This document shows positions 23,147 to 32,000 of a DNA stretch of 32,000 nucleotides, piece after piece. Made by a program: the position numbers and the translations under genes. Within the stretch, counting starts at the first letter, position 1. Each line of letters begins with the position of its first letter. The DNA is from Mycolicibacterium smegmatis. GTDB lineage: Bacteria > Actinomycetota > Actinomycetes > Mycobacteriales > Mycobacteriaceae. The notes under the pieces are model-generated. The model was not told where the DNA came from, did not search any database, and worked only from the letters and a program-made list of their open reading frames with translations. Location of the stretch: the NCBI RefSeq assembly GCF_001457595.1, contig NZ_LN831039.1, forward strand, positions 5,220,001-5,252,000, read 5' to 3'.

Positions 23147-23211
23147 TGGAAGTTGTCCGCCCGGTCCTGCCAGTGCTGGAGATTCGGATCCAGATCCTGG
23201 TCCATGCGCAT
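23098..23211 (-). CDS. Candidate unlisted small ORF, 37 aa (or 35 aa from ATG at 23205)
   Basis: Translation MRMDQDLDPNLQHWQDRADNFQWVVGSLVSLLDSIPT; GAAGGG 6 nt before the second ATG; between mshB and the membrane-protein gene. Confidence 0.5.
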   Translation of the reverse strand: MRMDQDLDPNLQHWQDRADNFQWVVGSLVSLLDSIPT

Positions 23212-23253
23212 CCCTTCGACGACTGTCCCGGAGCCTACCCCGTGCCATCGCAT

Positions 23254-24126
23254 CTACTCCAGATCAAGCCCGGCAAGAAGATCGGTTTCCCATCCGCGGG
23301 AATCCCGCGGCCCGGCCTCACCGGAGACCAGGACGTAGTGTTCCTCCCCCAGGACCGGAAGCGCGATGTTGTTGGACAGCGCGAACGCCCGGCCGTCGGG
23401 CGCGACGGTGATCTGCGTGGCGTGCGCGCGCATCGCGCCCACCTTGGCAGGCAGTTCGGCCGTCACGTCGACGACCGCGTCGATCTGGTCGTCGCCGAAC
23501 CCGAGCGGGATGTCCTCGGCGTTCACCCGGATCCACTCGGACGGGATGTCGCCGAGCGCCTGCAGGCCCGCCGTCATCGCGCTGGTGGCCGTCACGGTCC
23601 AGTAGAACTTGGGGACGGTCCAGCCGACCGCCTCGGGTGAAGCGGCGACGGCCCGCGTGGTGACCACGTGTGTCTGGATGTGATCGGGGTGTCCGTAGCC
23701 GCCGTTGGGGTCGTAGGTGACGACGACATGCGGCCGCACCTCACCGATCACGGCGACCAGCGCACCCACGGCCTCGTCGAGGTCGGCGTCGACCCAGCGC
23801 TGCCGCCCGCGCGACGGCGTGCCTGCCATACCGGAGTCACGCCAGTGCCCGGCGCCGCCGAGATACCACGGGCCCCGCAACCCGAGAGACTGCAGCGCGG
23901 CCGTCAGCTCCGCGATGCGGTAGCCGCCGAGTTGATCGGCGTGGTCGACGGCGAGTTGCGCGTAGCGCTCGCCGATCACCTCGCCCTCCTCACCGAGCGT
24001 GCAGGTGACGACATGGACCTCGGCCGACCGCGCGACGTAGTGCGCGATGGTCCCGCCGGTGGTCAGGGTCTCGTCGTCGGGGTGGGCATGGACGAACAGC
24101 AGCCGGGGCGATTCATGCGATGACAT
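23254..24126 (-). CDS. mshB: N-acetyl-1-D-myo-inositol-2-amino-2-deoxy-alpha-D-glucopyranoside deacetylase (mycothiol biosynthesis)
   Basis: 290 aa; [22 protein letters not shown] zinc motif, [19 protein letters not shown]. Confidence 0.95.
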   Translation of the reverse strand: MSSHESPRLLFVHAHPDDETLTTGGTIAHYVARSAEVHVVTCTLGEEGEVIGERYAQLAVDHADQLGGYRIAELTAALQSLGLRGPWYLGGAGHWRDSGMAGTPSRGRQRWVDADLDEAVGALVAVIGEVRPHVVVTYDPNGGYGHPDHIQTHVVTTRAVAASPEAVGWTVPKFYWTVTATSAMTAGLQALGDIPSEWIRVNAEDIPLGFGDDQIDAVVDVTAELPAKVGAMRAHATQITVAPDGRAFALSNNIALPVLGEEHYVLVSGEAGPRDSRGWETDLLAGLDLE

Positions 24127-24150
24127 CGTGTACAGACGCTACCGCCTGCG

Positions 24151-26034
24151 CTACTTGGTCTTCGTCCAGTCACCGGCGTCGCCGACGATCCCTACCGGCA
24201 CCGCCCCGGTGAGGCTCACGTTCTGCACACTCGGCCCGGCGGCCACGATCGTGGTGTCCTGCAGGATCGGCAGCACGGTCGCCATGTTCCACAACCGCGG
24301 TTCCACCGCCTGGATCACGTCGGCGATGTCGTCCGTACCGTCCAGTGCCGCATCGATTCTCGGCTGGATGCTGCGATCGCAGATGCCGGTGATGTTGCTG
24401 GGCGCCTGCACCAGTTCACCGGACTCCGGCGCCGGGATCGGCGCGGTGGGCGTCGGTGTGGTGGTCGCAGGCGGCGTGGTGGTGGTCGTGGTGGTGGGGG
24501 CCTGCGACGTGGTGGTGGCGGGCCCGGGAACCGCCGTGGCCACGGGCGTGGCCTCAAGCGCGCGGCATCCGTAGCGCGACGCCAGAACGGTCGCGAGGTC
24601 ACCACCGGCCTGGCGCCAGCCGACGACGGCGTCGACGCGGTTGTTGACCAACGCGTCGCCGTACAGCGCAACCGGATCCAGGGCGAGCACCGAGGCGTCG
24701 ATGCCGACGTTGCGCAACTGATCGGCCGCGGTGTTGGCCACGGCCACCGACGTGGGGTCGTTGGAGGCGACGCCCAGGACGATCGTCAGCGGCACCCCAT
24801 CTTTCACGATTCGTTCACGCCCGTTGTCGGGCGGTGGGTCGTCCGCGGTGTTGTCCGGGGGTGGCACGGGTTCGCTGACATATCCCGCGTCCCTGAGCAA
24901 TTCGAGCGCGTCGTCACGCGTCATCGCAGGCGGCGCGGTCGGCACGTAGCCGGGATCCGACGGCGAACGCACCTGCGCCTGCGCGAGTGTCACGGTGTTG
25001 TCGTCGCCGGCGCCCACCGATGCCAGGAGGTCGACGTCGATCAGACCCAGGATCGCCTTGCGCACTTGGGGATCGGCAAGCTTGGGCTGCTGCGCCCGCA
25101 GCGTGAGCTGCATGACGCGCGGGGTCACGATGCGTGCGGTCCGGACGTCGGGGATGGCGCTGAGCTGGGCGAAAGTCGCTGCGCCGCCGTGCACCTGAGC
25201 GACCTGTGTGTCACCGTTGCGGATCGAGTCCGCCAGCGCGGCCGGAGCGCCGCCGCGACGGAACAGCACCAGGTCGGGTTTGGCGGGCACGCTCCAGAAC
25301 CGGTCGTTGCGAGCCAGCAGGATCTCGTCGCGCTGGGGATCGATGGTCTCGACGCGGAACTGGCCTCCTGTCACGGGCATCGCGCGGGCCAGGCCCGCGC
25401 CGAACCCGCCCGGGATGTCCTTGACGATGTGCGCGGGAAGGATGTCGTTGAACAGTTCACGCCACGCCGGGTACGGCTGCGAGAACGTCACGACGGCCTG
25501 CTTGCCGCCCTCGACGGACTGCACGCCGGTGATCAGGTCATAGCCGGCCGGGTCGACGACACCGGGCTGGCTGACCATCTGCCGCCACAGATACCAGTAG
25601 TCGTCGGCGGCGATCGGCGCGTTGTCGGTCCACTGCGCTTCCGGCCGGATCTTGTAGGTCACGGTGAACGGGTTCTCGTTGGTCACCTCCGCCGACTCCA
25701 GCAGTGTGGTGTCCAGTTCCCACCGCGACCCGGTGGGCGACGTGGGATCCGGCACCGGCCGGAACGAGCTGGGCAGCACCAGCGACGCGATCGCGGCGTT
25801 CACCGGGGACTGATCGGACAGCAGGTGCGGATTGAACCCCGGGCCGATCGAGTCGATGGCCATGATGATCTGCGTAGGCGCCTTCGGCGGGGGCGGCGGC
25901 GTGGTCTCGGTGGTCTCGGTGCTCTGCGGCGCGGGAGGCGGGCTCACCGTGCAGCCGCCGAGCAGCAGTGTCGGCACCGCGAGGAGCGCGCCGAACGTCA
26001 AACGGGCGCGGCGGGCTGGTGTCGGCACGCCCAT
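24151..26034 (-). CDS. lpqW: Substrate-binding-protein-like lipoprotein LpqW (LM/LAM biosynthesis control)
   Basis: Start [40 protein letters not shown] with lipobox; SBP family 5 body; recognised LpqW sequence and mshB/typA synteny. Confidence 0.9.
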
Positions 26035-26529
26035 CAGGGTAACGAGCCGCCCCGCGTGTGCGACGTCACGTTGAGACGGGGTCTCTGACCTGGAAGAACT
26101 TCGCCGGCTGCCGTCGCGGCCAGCCGCATGGATTGCTGGAACCCCGAATCTGTGGCGACGGGCATGAACAGGCAAACGGCAGATTCGGACATGCCGTTAC
26201 GCCGCGCAGCATTCTCGTCACCGCGTCGCGCGGATGTATGTCGGCCGTTCGGCCGAAAAATCATGATCGGCAAGATCATTCGATATTACGAAAAAACAGA
26301 ACCTCGGCGGGCCCGAAAATGTTCACACATCCGTTGCCAGGATCAGCTACACGCCCCTCGTTCGACGGCCCTGTTGGCTGATACCGGCAGATCACGACCA
26401 GCAAACTCGCTGCCGGGTCCGATGTTTGCGTCAGAAAAGATCTGGGGGCATGCCCTCGGTTTTCGAGGGCGAAGATTCGCTGTCGGCGCTAAATTTCCTT
26501 TGCCAAGCACTACCAATCGAGGGGCGAAT

Positions 26530-27729
26530 ATGTATGTCAGAGTGAAGAAATCCGTCACCGCAGGGACAGCGGTGTTGGCCGCGGGGGCGATTGCTCTCGG
26601 CCCGGTCGTGTCCCAGGCGCCGGAAGCGCAGCGCGCCATGCGGGCGGCGGATCTCGCTCTCTCGGCCGCGGCGAACCCGATCGAGGCCGCGGCTTTCATC
26701 GTCGAAGGGTTCGGCACGTCGGGGGTGCGGCTGGTGCAGGGGGCACTGACCGCGCCGCTCGGGCTGATCCCGCTGGTCGAGGCGCTGGGCGCGCAGGACA
26801 GCGAGGCCCTGTACAGCGTGCTCAGGGAGTACAACGACGCCCCGCTGTGGGTCGCCGACCCCACCATCGACGGCTTTGCCGAGGCCCTGCCCCGCTGGCT
26901 CGGTGGCGGCACCGACGGCGACCGCTACGTCAACTCGTCGGAGGACGGCGCGATCATCGACTTCCGCGACAACGTGCTGTGGGTCGCGACCGACAACGCA
27001 CGCACGCAGATCAACAACGCGCTGCACGTTGACGCGGGACCGCCCGCGAGCCTCTTCGAAGGTGCGGTCACGCTGTCGGTGGGCGCGGGCGGCACCGCGG
27101 TGCGCCTCGTCGAGGGCGCGGCGCTCGCACCCTTCGGCCTGATCCCGGTGGCGCAGGGGCTAGCGACCTCGGCCACCACCGGTGACAACACCGCGCTGTA
27201 TGTCGCTGTGCGGCAATACATCGACGCGCCCCTGTGGGTCGCCGACCCCGCGATCGACAGCGTGGCCAAGGTGCTCCCCCGCTCGCTCGGCGGCGGCACC
27301 GACGGCAACCACAACGTGTCCTCTGATCTCGACGGCGCGGTGGTCAAGTTCCGCGACAACGCGCTGTGGGGTGCCACCAACGCCGTGCGCACCGCTGTGG
27401 CCAACGTTCTCAACGTGAATCCCAACGCAGGCAATGTGCCTGCCGCGCCCTCAGCGGCATCCCCGAAGAAGGCGAATGTGGCCGGCAGCGTGAACCTGGG
27501 CAAGTTCCTGCCGGGCGCGTCGGCACCTGAGGGCGCCACGAAGACCCGGCCGGGCCGGGCCGCGGTCGGTGCGCTGCGCAATCAGGTCAGGGCGTCGGTG
27601 GCCAAGGTCAATGCCGACATCAACGCCGCGGTCAAGAAGGTCACCAGCGGCTTGCCCGCCAAGAAGGCGGCGGCCAAGGAGAAGACGGCCGCCACCTCCG
27701 AGAAGGCAGCGGAGGGCTCAGAGGACTAG
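26530..27729 (+). CDS. Uncharacterised exported-type protein with internal duplication and Lys/Ala-rich tail
   Basis: 399 aa from MYVRVKKSVTAGTAVLAAGAIALGPVVSQAPEAQ; two related ~115-120 aa halves (see repeat). Confidence 0.75.
   Translation: MYVRVKKSVTAGTAVLAAGAIALGPVVSQAPEAQRAMRAADLALSAAANPIEAAAFIVEGFGTSGVRLVQGALTAPLGLIPLVEALGAQDSEALYSVLREYNDAPLWVADPTIDGFAEALPRWLGGGTDGDRYVNSSEDGAIIDFRDNVLWVATDNARTQINNALHVDAGPPASLFEGAVTLSVGAGGTAVRLVEGAALAPFGLIPVAQGLATSATTGDNTALYVAVRQYIDAPLWVADPAIDSVAKVLPRSLGGGTDGNHNVSSDLDGAVVKFRDNALWGATNAVRTAVANVLNVNPNAGNVPAAPSAASPKKANVAGSVNLGKFLPGASAPEGATKTRPGRAAVGALRNQVRASVAKVNADINAAVKKVTSGLPAKKAAAKEKTAATSEKAAEGSED
26686..27417 (+). repeat. Protein-level internal duplication: copy 1 about 26686-27030, copy 2 about 27049-27417
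   Basis: Copy 1 VRLVQGALTAPLGLIPLVEAL...APLWVADPTIDGFAEALPRWLGGGTDG...DGAIIDFRDNVLWVATDNARTQ; copy 2 VRLVEGAALAPFGLIPVAQGL...APLWVADPAIDSVAKVLPRSLGGGTDG...DGAVVKFRDNALWGATNAVRT. Confidence 0.9.
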
Positions 27730-27816
27730 GGGGGCCAAGGGCCGGTCATGCCCGCTCAGAGGGGGAGAGCGGTGCATGGCCGGCCATTCTCGGCTGTAGG
27801 ACGGGTGAAGGGAAGG

Positions 27817-29718
27817 CTAGCCCCGTGCCTTCGCGCGGGCCTTGGCACGCGCCCGCAGGCTCGCGGTCAGCTCCACCTTGCGCACCCGGACCACCTCGGG
27901 GGTGACCTCGACGCACTCGTCCTCTGCGCAGAACTCCATGGCCTTCTCGAGGTCGAGTTCCAGCGGACGGGCGAGGGTCTCCATCACGTCGGCCGTCGAG
28001 GACCGCATGTTGGTGAGCTTCTTCTCGCGCGTCACGTTGATGTCGAGATCCTCTGCGCGCGGGTTGATCCCGACGACCATTCCCTCGTAGGTCTCCTGGC
28101 CCGGCTCGACGAAGAACTGCCCACGGTCGGCCAGTTGGATCATCGCGAACGGCGTGATGGTGCCCGCACGGTCGCTCACCAGTGAACCGGTGTGGCGCGC
28201 GCGGATCTCGCCGGCCCACGGCCGGTAGCCGTCGAACACGGCGTTGGCGATACCGGTGCCGCGCGTCAGCGTCAGGAAGTCGGTGCGGAAGCCGATCAGA
28301 CCGCGGCTGGGCACGATGAAGTCCATCCGGACCCACCCGGCGGCGTGGTTGGTCATCTCCTCCATGCGGCCCTTGCGGGCGGCCATGAGCTGGGTGATGG
28401 CGCCGACGAACTCCTCGGGGCAGTCGATGGTCATCGCCTCGAACGGCTCGTGCAGCTTGCCGTCGATGTTCTTGGTGACCACCTGAGGCTTGCCGACGGT
28501 GAGCTCGAAGCCTTCACGTCGCATCTGCTCGACGAGCACGGCCAGCGCGAGTTCACCACGGCCCTGCACCTCCCAGGCGTCGGGCTTGCCGATGTCGACG
28601 ACGCGGATGGACACGTTGCCGATGAGCTCGGAATCCAAGCGGTTCTTGACCATTCGAGCGGTGAGCTTGTGGCCGGAGACCTTGCCGGCCAGGGGCGAGG
28701 TGTTGGTGCCGATGGTCACCGAGATCGCGGGTTCGTCGACCGTGATGCGCGGCAGCGCGTGCGCATGGTCCGGATCGGCCAGCGTGTCACCGATCATGAT
28801 CTCGGGGATGCCCGCGACGGCGACGATGTCGCCCGCCACGGCCTCGGCCGTGGCCGTGCGCTCCACGCCCTCGGTGACGAGCAGTTCGGTGATCTTGGCG
28901 CTCGTGACGACGGGGGCGCCGTCGACCTCACGCATCCACGCGACCTGCTGCCCCTTCTTGAGCTTGCCGTTGTAAATACGGACCAGTGCGAGGCGTCCCA
29001 GGAACGCCGACGCGTCGAGGTTGGTGACGAGCGCCTGCAGCGGCGCCTCGGGATCACCCGATGGCGGCGGGATGTGCTTCATCAGGACGTCGAACAGCGG
29101 ATCGAGGTTGTCGCCCTCGGGCACCTCGCCGTCGGCGGGCTGGACCGTGCTGGCCACACCGGCGCGGCCCGACGCGTACAGCGTCGGCAGGTCGAGCGCC
29201 TTCTCGGCCGCGGCCTGGGCGTCCTCGTCGAGATCCGAGGCGACATCGAGCAGCAGGTCGTGGCTGTCCGACACGACCTCGGCGATGCGGGCGTCGGGGC
29301 GGTCGGTCTTGTTGACCACGAGGATCACCGGCAGGTGCGCGGCGAGCGCCTTGCGCAGCACGAAGCGCGTCTGCGGCAGCGGGCCCTCGGAGGCGTCGAC
29401 GAGCAGCAGCACGCCGTCGACCATGGACAGACCGCGTTCCACCTCACCGCCGAAGTCGGCGTGGCCGGGGGTGTCGATCACGTTGATGACCGTCACGGTG
29501 CCGTCGGCGTTGTGCCGGTGCACCGCGGTGTTCTTGGCCAGGATCGTGATGCCCTTTTCCCGCTCCAGGTCACCGGAGTCCATGATGCGCTCGGTGGAGT
29601 CGTCACCTCGGTGGGTCAACGCGCCGGACTGCCGCAGCATTGCGTCGACCAGAGTGGTCTTGCCGTGGTCAACGTGGGCCACAATGGCGACGTTGCGAAA
29701 ATCTGGGTGCGAACTCAC
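27817..29718 (-). CDS. typA: Translational GTPase TypA/BipA
   Basis: GTG start [28 protein letters not shown]; G motifs [16 protein letters not shown]; C-terminal Typ[22 protein letters not shown]. Confidence 0.95.
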   Translation of the reverse strand: MSSHPDFRNVAIVAHVDHGKTTLVDAMLRQSGALTHRGDDSTERIMDSGDLEREKGITILAKNTAVHRHNADGTVTVINVIDTPGHADFGGEVERGLSMVDGVLLLVDASEGPLPQTRFVLRKALAAHLPVILVVNKTDRPDARIAEVVSDSHDLLLDVASDLDEDAQAAAEKALDLPTLYASGRAGVASTVQPADGEVPEGDNLDPLFDVLMKHIPPPSGDPEAPLQALVTNLDASAFLGRLALVRIYNGKLKKGQQVAWMREVDGAPVVTSAKITELLVTEGVERTATAEAVAGDIVAVAGIPEIMIGDTLADPDHAHALPRITVDEPAISVTIGTNTSPLAGKVSGHKLTARMVKNRLDSELIGNVSIRVVDIGKPDAWEVQGRGELALAVLVEQMRREGFELTVGKPQVVTKNIDGKLHEPFEAMTIDCPEEFVGAITQLMAARKGRMEEMTNHAAGWVRMDFIVPSRGLIGFRTDFLTLTRGTGIANAVFDGYRPWAGEIRARHTGSLVSDRAGTITPFAMIQLADRGQFFVEPGQETYEGMVVGINPRAEDLDINVTREKKLTNMRSSTADVMETLARPLELDLEKAMEFCAEDECVEVTPEVVRVRKVELTASLRARAKARAKARG

Positions 29719-29774
29719 TCGGTGATTCTCGCAGGTAGTCGAGCCGATCACGAAAACGAGAGAGCCCCGTCACG

Positions 29775-29942
29775 TTGAAGCCCAGCAAGATCGCGGCCCT
29801 GAAACCCAAGAAAAAGTGTTGCCGGAGCAAGCCGCGGTGCAAGCGTTGCCCGGTTGTACTGCACAAAGTCCGCAAGGCCGAGCTCAACGGATTGCGCGGG
29901 AAAGACTTGGAGAAGGTCTACAAACGCTCCAGGAAATCCTAA
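29775..29942 (+). CDS. Small Lys/Arg/Cys-rich protein, 55 aa, TTG start; below the length cutoff of the ORF track
   Basis: Translation (M)KPSKIAALKPKKKCCRSKPRCKRCPVVLHKVRKAELNGLRGKDLEKVYKRSRKS; purine-rich GAGAGAG upstream; the only in-frame start after the upstream TAG. Confidence 0.65.
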   Translation: MKPSKIAALKPKKKCCRSKPRCKRCPVVLHKVRKAELNGLRGKDLEKVYKRSRKS

Positions 29943-30027
29943 GGTTCGCGAGTACCGTTCTAGGTATCAGTCAACACAGGTGAGACCGCTAAATGGCCTC
30001 GAATTCGGCACACCTGGAGGTACCGTC

Positions 30028-30291
30028 ATGTCGGTTTACGAAGCACTCACCCTCGCTTTGATCATGGTGCTGGCCACCGCCACCACGGTCGCCATCTATG
30101 TCGGGTTGGCCAATTGGATCGGCGCCTGCTACATGGTCCGGTGCAGTGAATGCCATCACCTGACCTTCGCGTCGAAGAACGCGCCGCAGTCCTCCTGCGC
30201 CCACTGCCGTCACCCGATGCTCATGCATCCGATGTACGCGATCCAGCACCCGGGTTCTGTGCGGGTGGTCAACGACCGCCTGCGTTACTGA
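30028..30291 (+). CDS. 87-aa membrane protein with CxxC...CxxC zinc-ribbon-like segment
   Basis: CTGGAGG upstream of MSVYEALTLALIMVLATATTVAIYVGLANWIGACYMVRCSECHHLTFASKNAPQSSCAHCRHPMLMHPM. Confidence 0.7.
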   Translation: MSVYEALTLALIMVLATATTVAIYVGLANWIGACYMVRCSECHHLTFASKNAPQSSCAHCRHPMLMHPMYAIQHPGSVRVVNDRLRY

Positions 30292-30296
30292 CTGCT

Positions 30297-30749
30297 TCAG
30301 GGCGTCGAGGTCTGCGCCTCTGCGCCCTGGTAGTGCGGCACACCCCGCTCACGGATCTGACGGCCGGTGATCCGCTCGGTGCGGATCCGCACGAAATGGT
30401 CACGCTTGCCGTCGACCCACGGCTGCACGAAGGTGCCGGCCACCTCGACCAGCTGGTCGATGTCGGTGATGGGCTCGGCATGGCCGACGACCGTCACGCT
30501 CCAACCGGTGCGCAGGTCCGGGTCCAGCTCGTCGGCCTCGAACGCGACCACCTGGTTCTTGGCCGCCGCCGATAGCTTGCCGCCACCCGCGACGCGGATG
30601 ATCACATCGTCGTGTGACAGGCGGAAGTTGACCGGCTGCACCGCAGGAAGCGCGTCTTCGGTGAACACGAGGCGGCCCACCCGCACCCGCTGGAGCAGAT
30701 CCAGGCACTGCCTACGGCTGAGCACGTCCAGCTCCTGACCTTTCGGCAT
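30297..30749 (-). CDS. Pyridoxamine 5'-phosphate oxidase (PNPOx-like, FMN/F420 split-barrel) family protein
   Basis: 150 aa; LQRVRVGRLVFTEDALPAVQPVNFRLSHDDVIIRV...VVGHAEPI; AGGAGG RBS. Confidence 0.85.
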   Translation of the reverse strand: MPKGQELDVLSRRQCLDLLQRVRVGRLVFTEDALPAVQPVNFRLSHDDVIIRVAGGGKLSAAAKNQVVAFEADELDPDLRTGWSVTVVGHAEPITDIDQLVEVAGTFVQPWVDGKRDHFVRIRTERITGRQIRERGVPHYQGAEAQTSTP

Positions 30750-30809
30750 GACCGACCTCCTGTGAGTGTTCTGTGTCTTTCACTCTCGCGCACAGCACGG
30801 CCGGGCGGC

Positions 30810-30825
30810 AGTGCCAAAAGTCCCT
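30810..30825 (-). promoter_or_regulatory. Possible DosR/DevR-like half box (AGGGACTTTTGGCACT on minus strand)
   Basis: GGGACT half-site matches the DosR consensus; second half is degenerate; about 60 bp upstream of the PNPOx-like gene. Confidence 0.35.
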
Positions 30826-30830
30826 TCTTG

Positions 30831-31565
30831 TCACCAGCCGCGGCGGTGCGGTTGCGAGCCAACCAACTCGCCGCGCCCGGCGACGTCGCGGCTCCGGTAG
30901 ACGATGTAGGGCCGGAACAGGTAGCCGATGGGTGCGCTGAATACATGCACCAGTCGGGTGAACGGCCACAGGCAGAACAGGACCAGCGCGATCATCACGT
31001 GGATGTGGAAGTACAGCGGCGCCTGCACCATGAGATCGCCGCGTGGCTGCAGGATCCAGATCGACCGGAACCACGGCGACACCGTGTGCCGGTAGTCGTG
31101 CTCGTCGCCCAGCGGGGTGGCGCCCAGCAGGGTGCAGGACAGCCCGGCCAGGATCGCCAGCACCAGCACCAGATACATGACCTTGTCGTTGACGGTCGTG
31201 GCGAGGAACACCGGGCCGGTGGTGCGCCTGCGGTAGATCAGCAGCGCGATGCCGCTGAGCGTGGCGATGCCGGCGATCGCCCCGAGGATGACGGCCTGCA
31301 CGTGGTAGGCGTGCTCGCTGAGCCCGATGGCGTCGGTCCAGGATTCCGGGATCACCAGACCGATGACGTGCCCGACGACGACGACGAGGATGCCGAAGTG
31401 GAACATCGGGCTGCCGATGCGCAGCAGCCGGGATTCGTAGAGCTGTGAGGAGCGCGTGGTCCAGCCGAACTTGTCGTAGCGGTAGCGCCACCACAACCCG
31501 ACGACCACCACGGCCAGCGTCACGTACGGCACCACGTCCCAGAAGATCACCCAGCCCGACATCAC
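30831..31565 (-). CDS. narI: Respiratory nitrate reductase gamma subunit
   Basis: 244 aa; FGILVVVVGHVIGLVIPESW, ISGxxW-type multi-helix protein, YRSRDVAGRG C-terminus. Confidence 0.92.
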   Translation of the reverse strand: MMSGWVIFWDVVPYVTLAVVVVGLWWRYRYDKFGWTTRSSQLYESRLLRIGSPMFHFGILVVVVGHVIGLVIPESWTDAIGLSEHAYHVQAVILGAIAGIATLSGIALLIYRRRTTGPVFLATTVNDKVMYLVLVLAILAGLSCTLLGATPLGDEHDYRHTVSPWFRSIWILQPRGDLMVQAPLYFHIHVMIALVLFCLWPFTRLVHVFSAPIGYLFRPYIVYRSRDVAGRGELVGSQPHRRGW

Positions 31566-32000
31566 ACACCTCCCTGTGCCCGGCGCGGCGGCACGGTCAG
31601 TTGGAACGGCTCCAGCCCCACCGATTCCCGGGGCGGGCCGGTTCCGAGCAGAGTGCGTGACTGTGTTTCGGCGACGCCGGGCAAGGTTGCGCAGACGGCC
31701 GCGATCGCCGGGGCGTACGGCGAGCAGGCATCGACCAACGCCCGGCGCAGCACGTCGATCGGCACACGGTGGTCGGCGAGCAACCGGCGGCCCGCGACCG
31801 GGTCGACAGTCGCGGCGAACTCCAGGACCACCGGAAGATGATCGGGTGCTTCATGTTTCGGCGGTGCGACGCCCGCGGCCCGGTACGCCTGGGTGAAGGC
31901 CACCATCTGCACACCCCGGTTGCGGGTGTCACCACCGGTCCAGTACGTCAGCAGCATGGTGGTCTGCTTGCGCAGATCGAACGTGTCGACGTACTGCGTG
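31562..32000 (-). CDS. narJ: Nitrate reductase molybdenum cofactor assembly chaperone (N-terminus beyond window)
   Basis: Frame open through the window end; YVDTFDLRKQTTMLLTYWTGGDTRNRGVQMV is the NarJ signature; 4-nt overlap with narI. Confidence 0.88.
   Translation of the reverse strand, partial: TQYVDTFDLRKQTTMLLTYWTGGDTRNRGVQMVAFTQAYRAAGVAPPKHEAPDHLPVVLEFAATVDPVAGRRLLADHRVPIDVLRRALVDACSPYAPAIAAVCATLPGVAETQSRTLLGTGPPRESVGLEPFQLTVPPRRAQGGV

Noticed and set aside
27776-27787. Perfect palindrome ATGGCCGGCCAT between the exported-protein gene and typA
   Set aside because: GGCCGGCC-type palindromes are expected by chance at this GC content; no T-tract or second dyad to support a function.
28192-29778. 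528-aa plus-strand ORF
   Set aside because: Antisense to typA; no recognisable motifs, high-GC frame artefact.

Overview
The window is a densely packed, high-GC mycobacterial chromosome segment. Gene content and order (dapD, fadD36, putB/pruA/pruC, dapC, fdxC, fadH, fbiC, mshB, lpqW, typA, nar) point to a fast-growing Mycobacterium, most likely Mycolicibacterium smegmatis or a close relative. The species call is inference from gene families and synteny. I find no CRISPR array, phage, transposase, rRNA or tRNA. Nothing is a convincing new defence or secretion system. The observations most worth following up are: (1) a YceI gene flanked by two short tandem arrays that share an 11-nt core in opposite orientation; (2) perfect inverted repeats in the pruA/pruC and acyl-CoA dehydrogenase/dienoyl-CoA reductase divergent regions; (3) two uncharacterised exported-type proteins with Lys/Ala/Pro-rich tails flanking the fbiC-mshB-lpqW block, one built from an internal duplication; (4) two small ORFs missing from the supplied ORF track (35-37 aa and 55 aa); (5) a DosR-box-like half site upstream of a PNPOx-like gene next to the nar genes; (6) a small secreted protein with duplicated Cys motifs around a poly-proline linker, paired with a hemophore-like gene.
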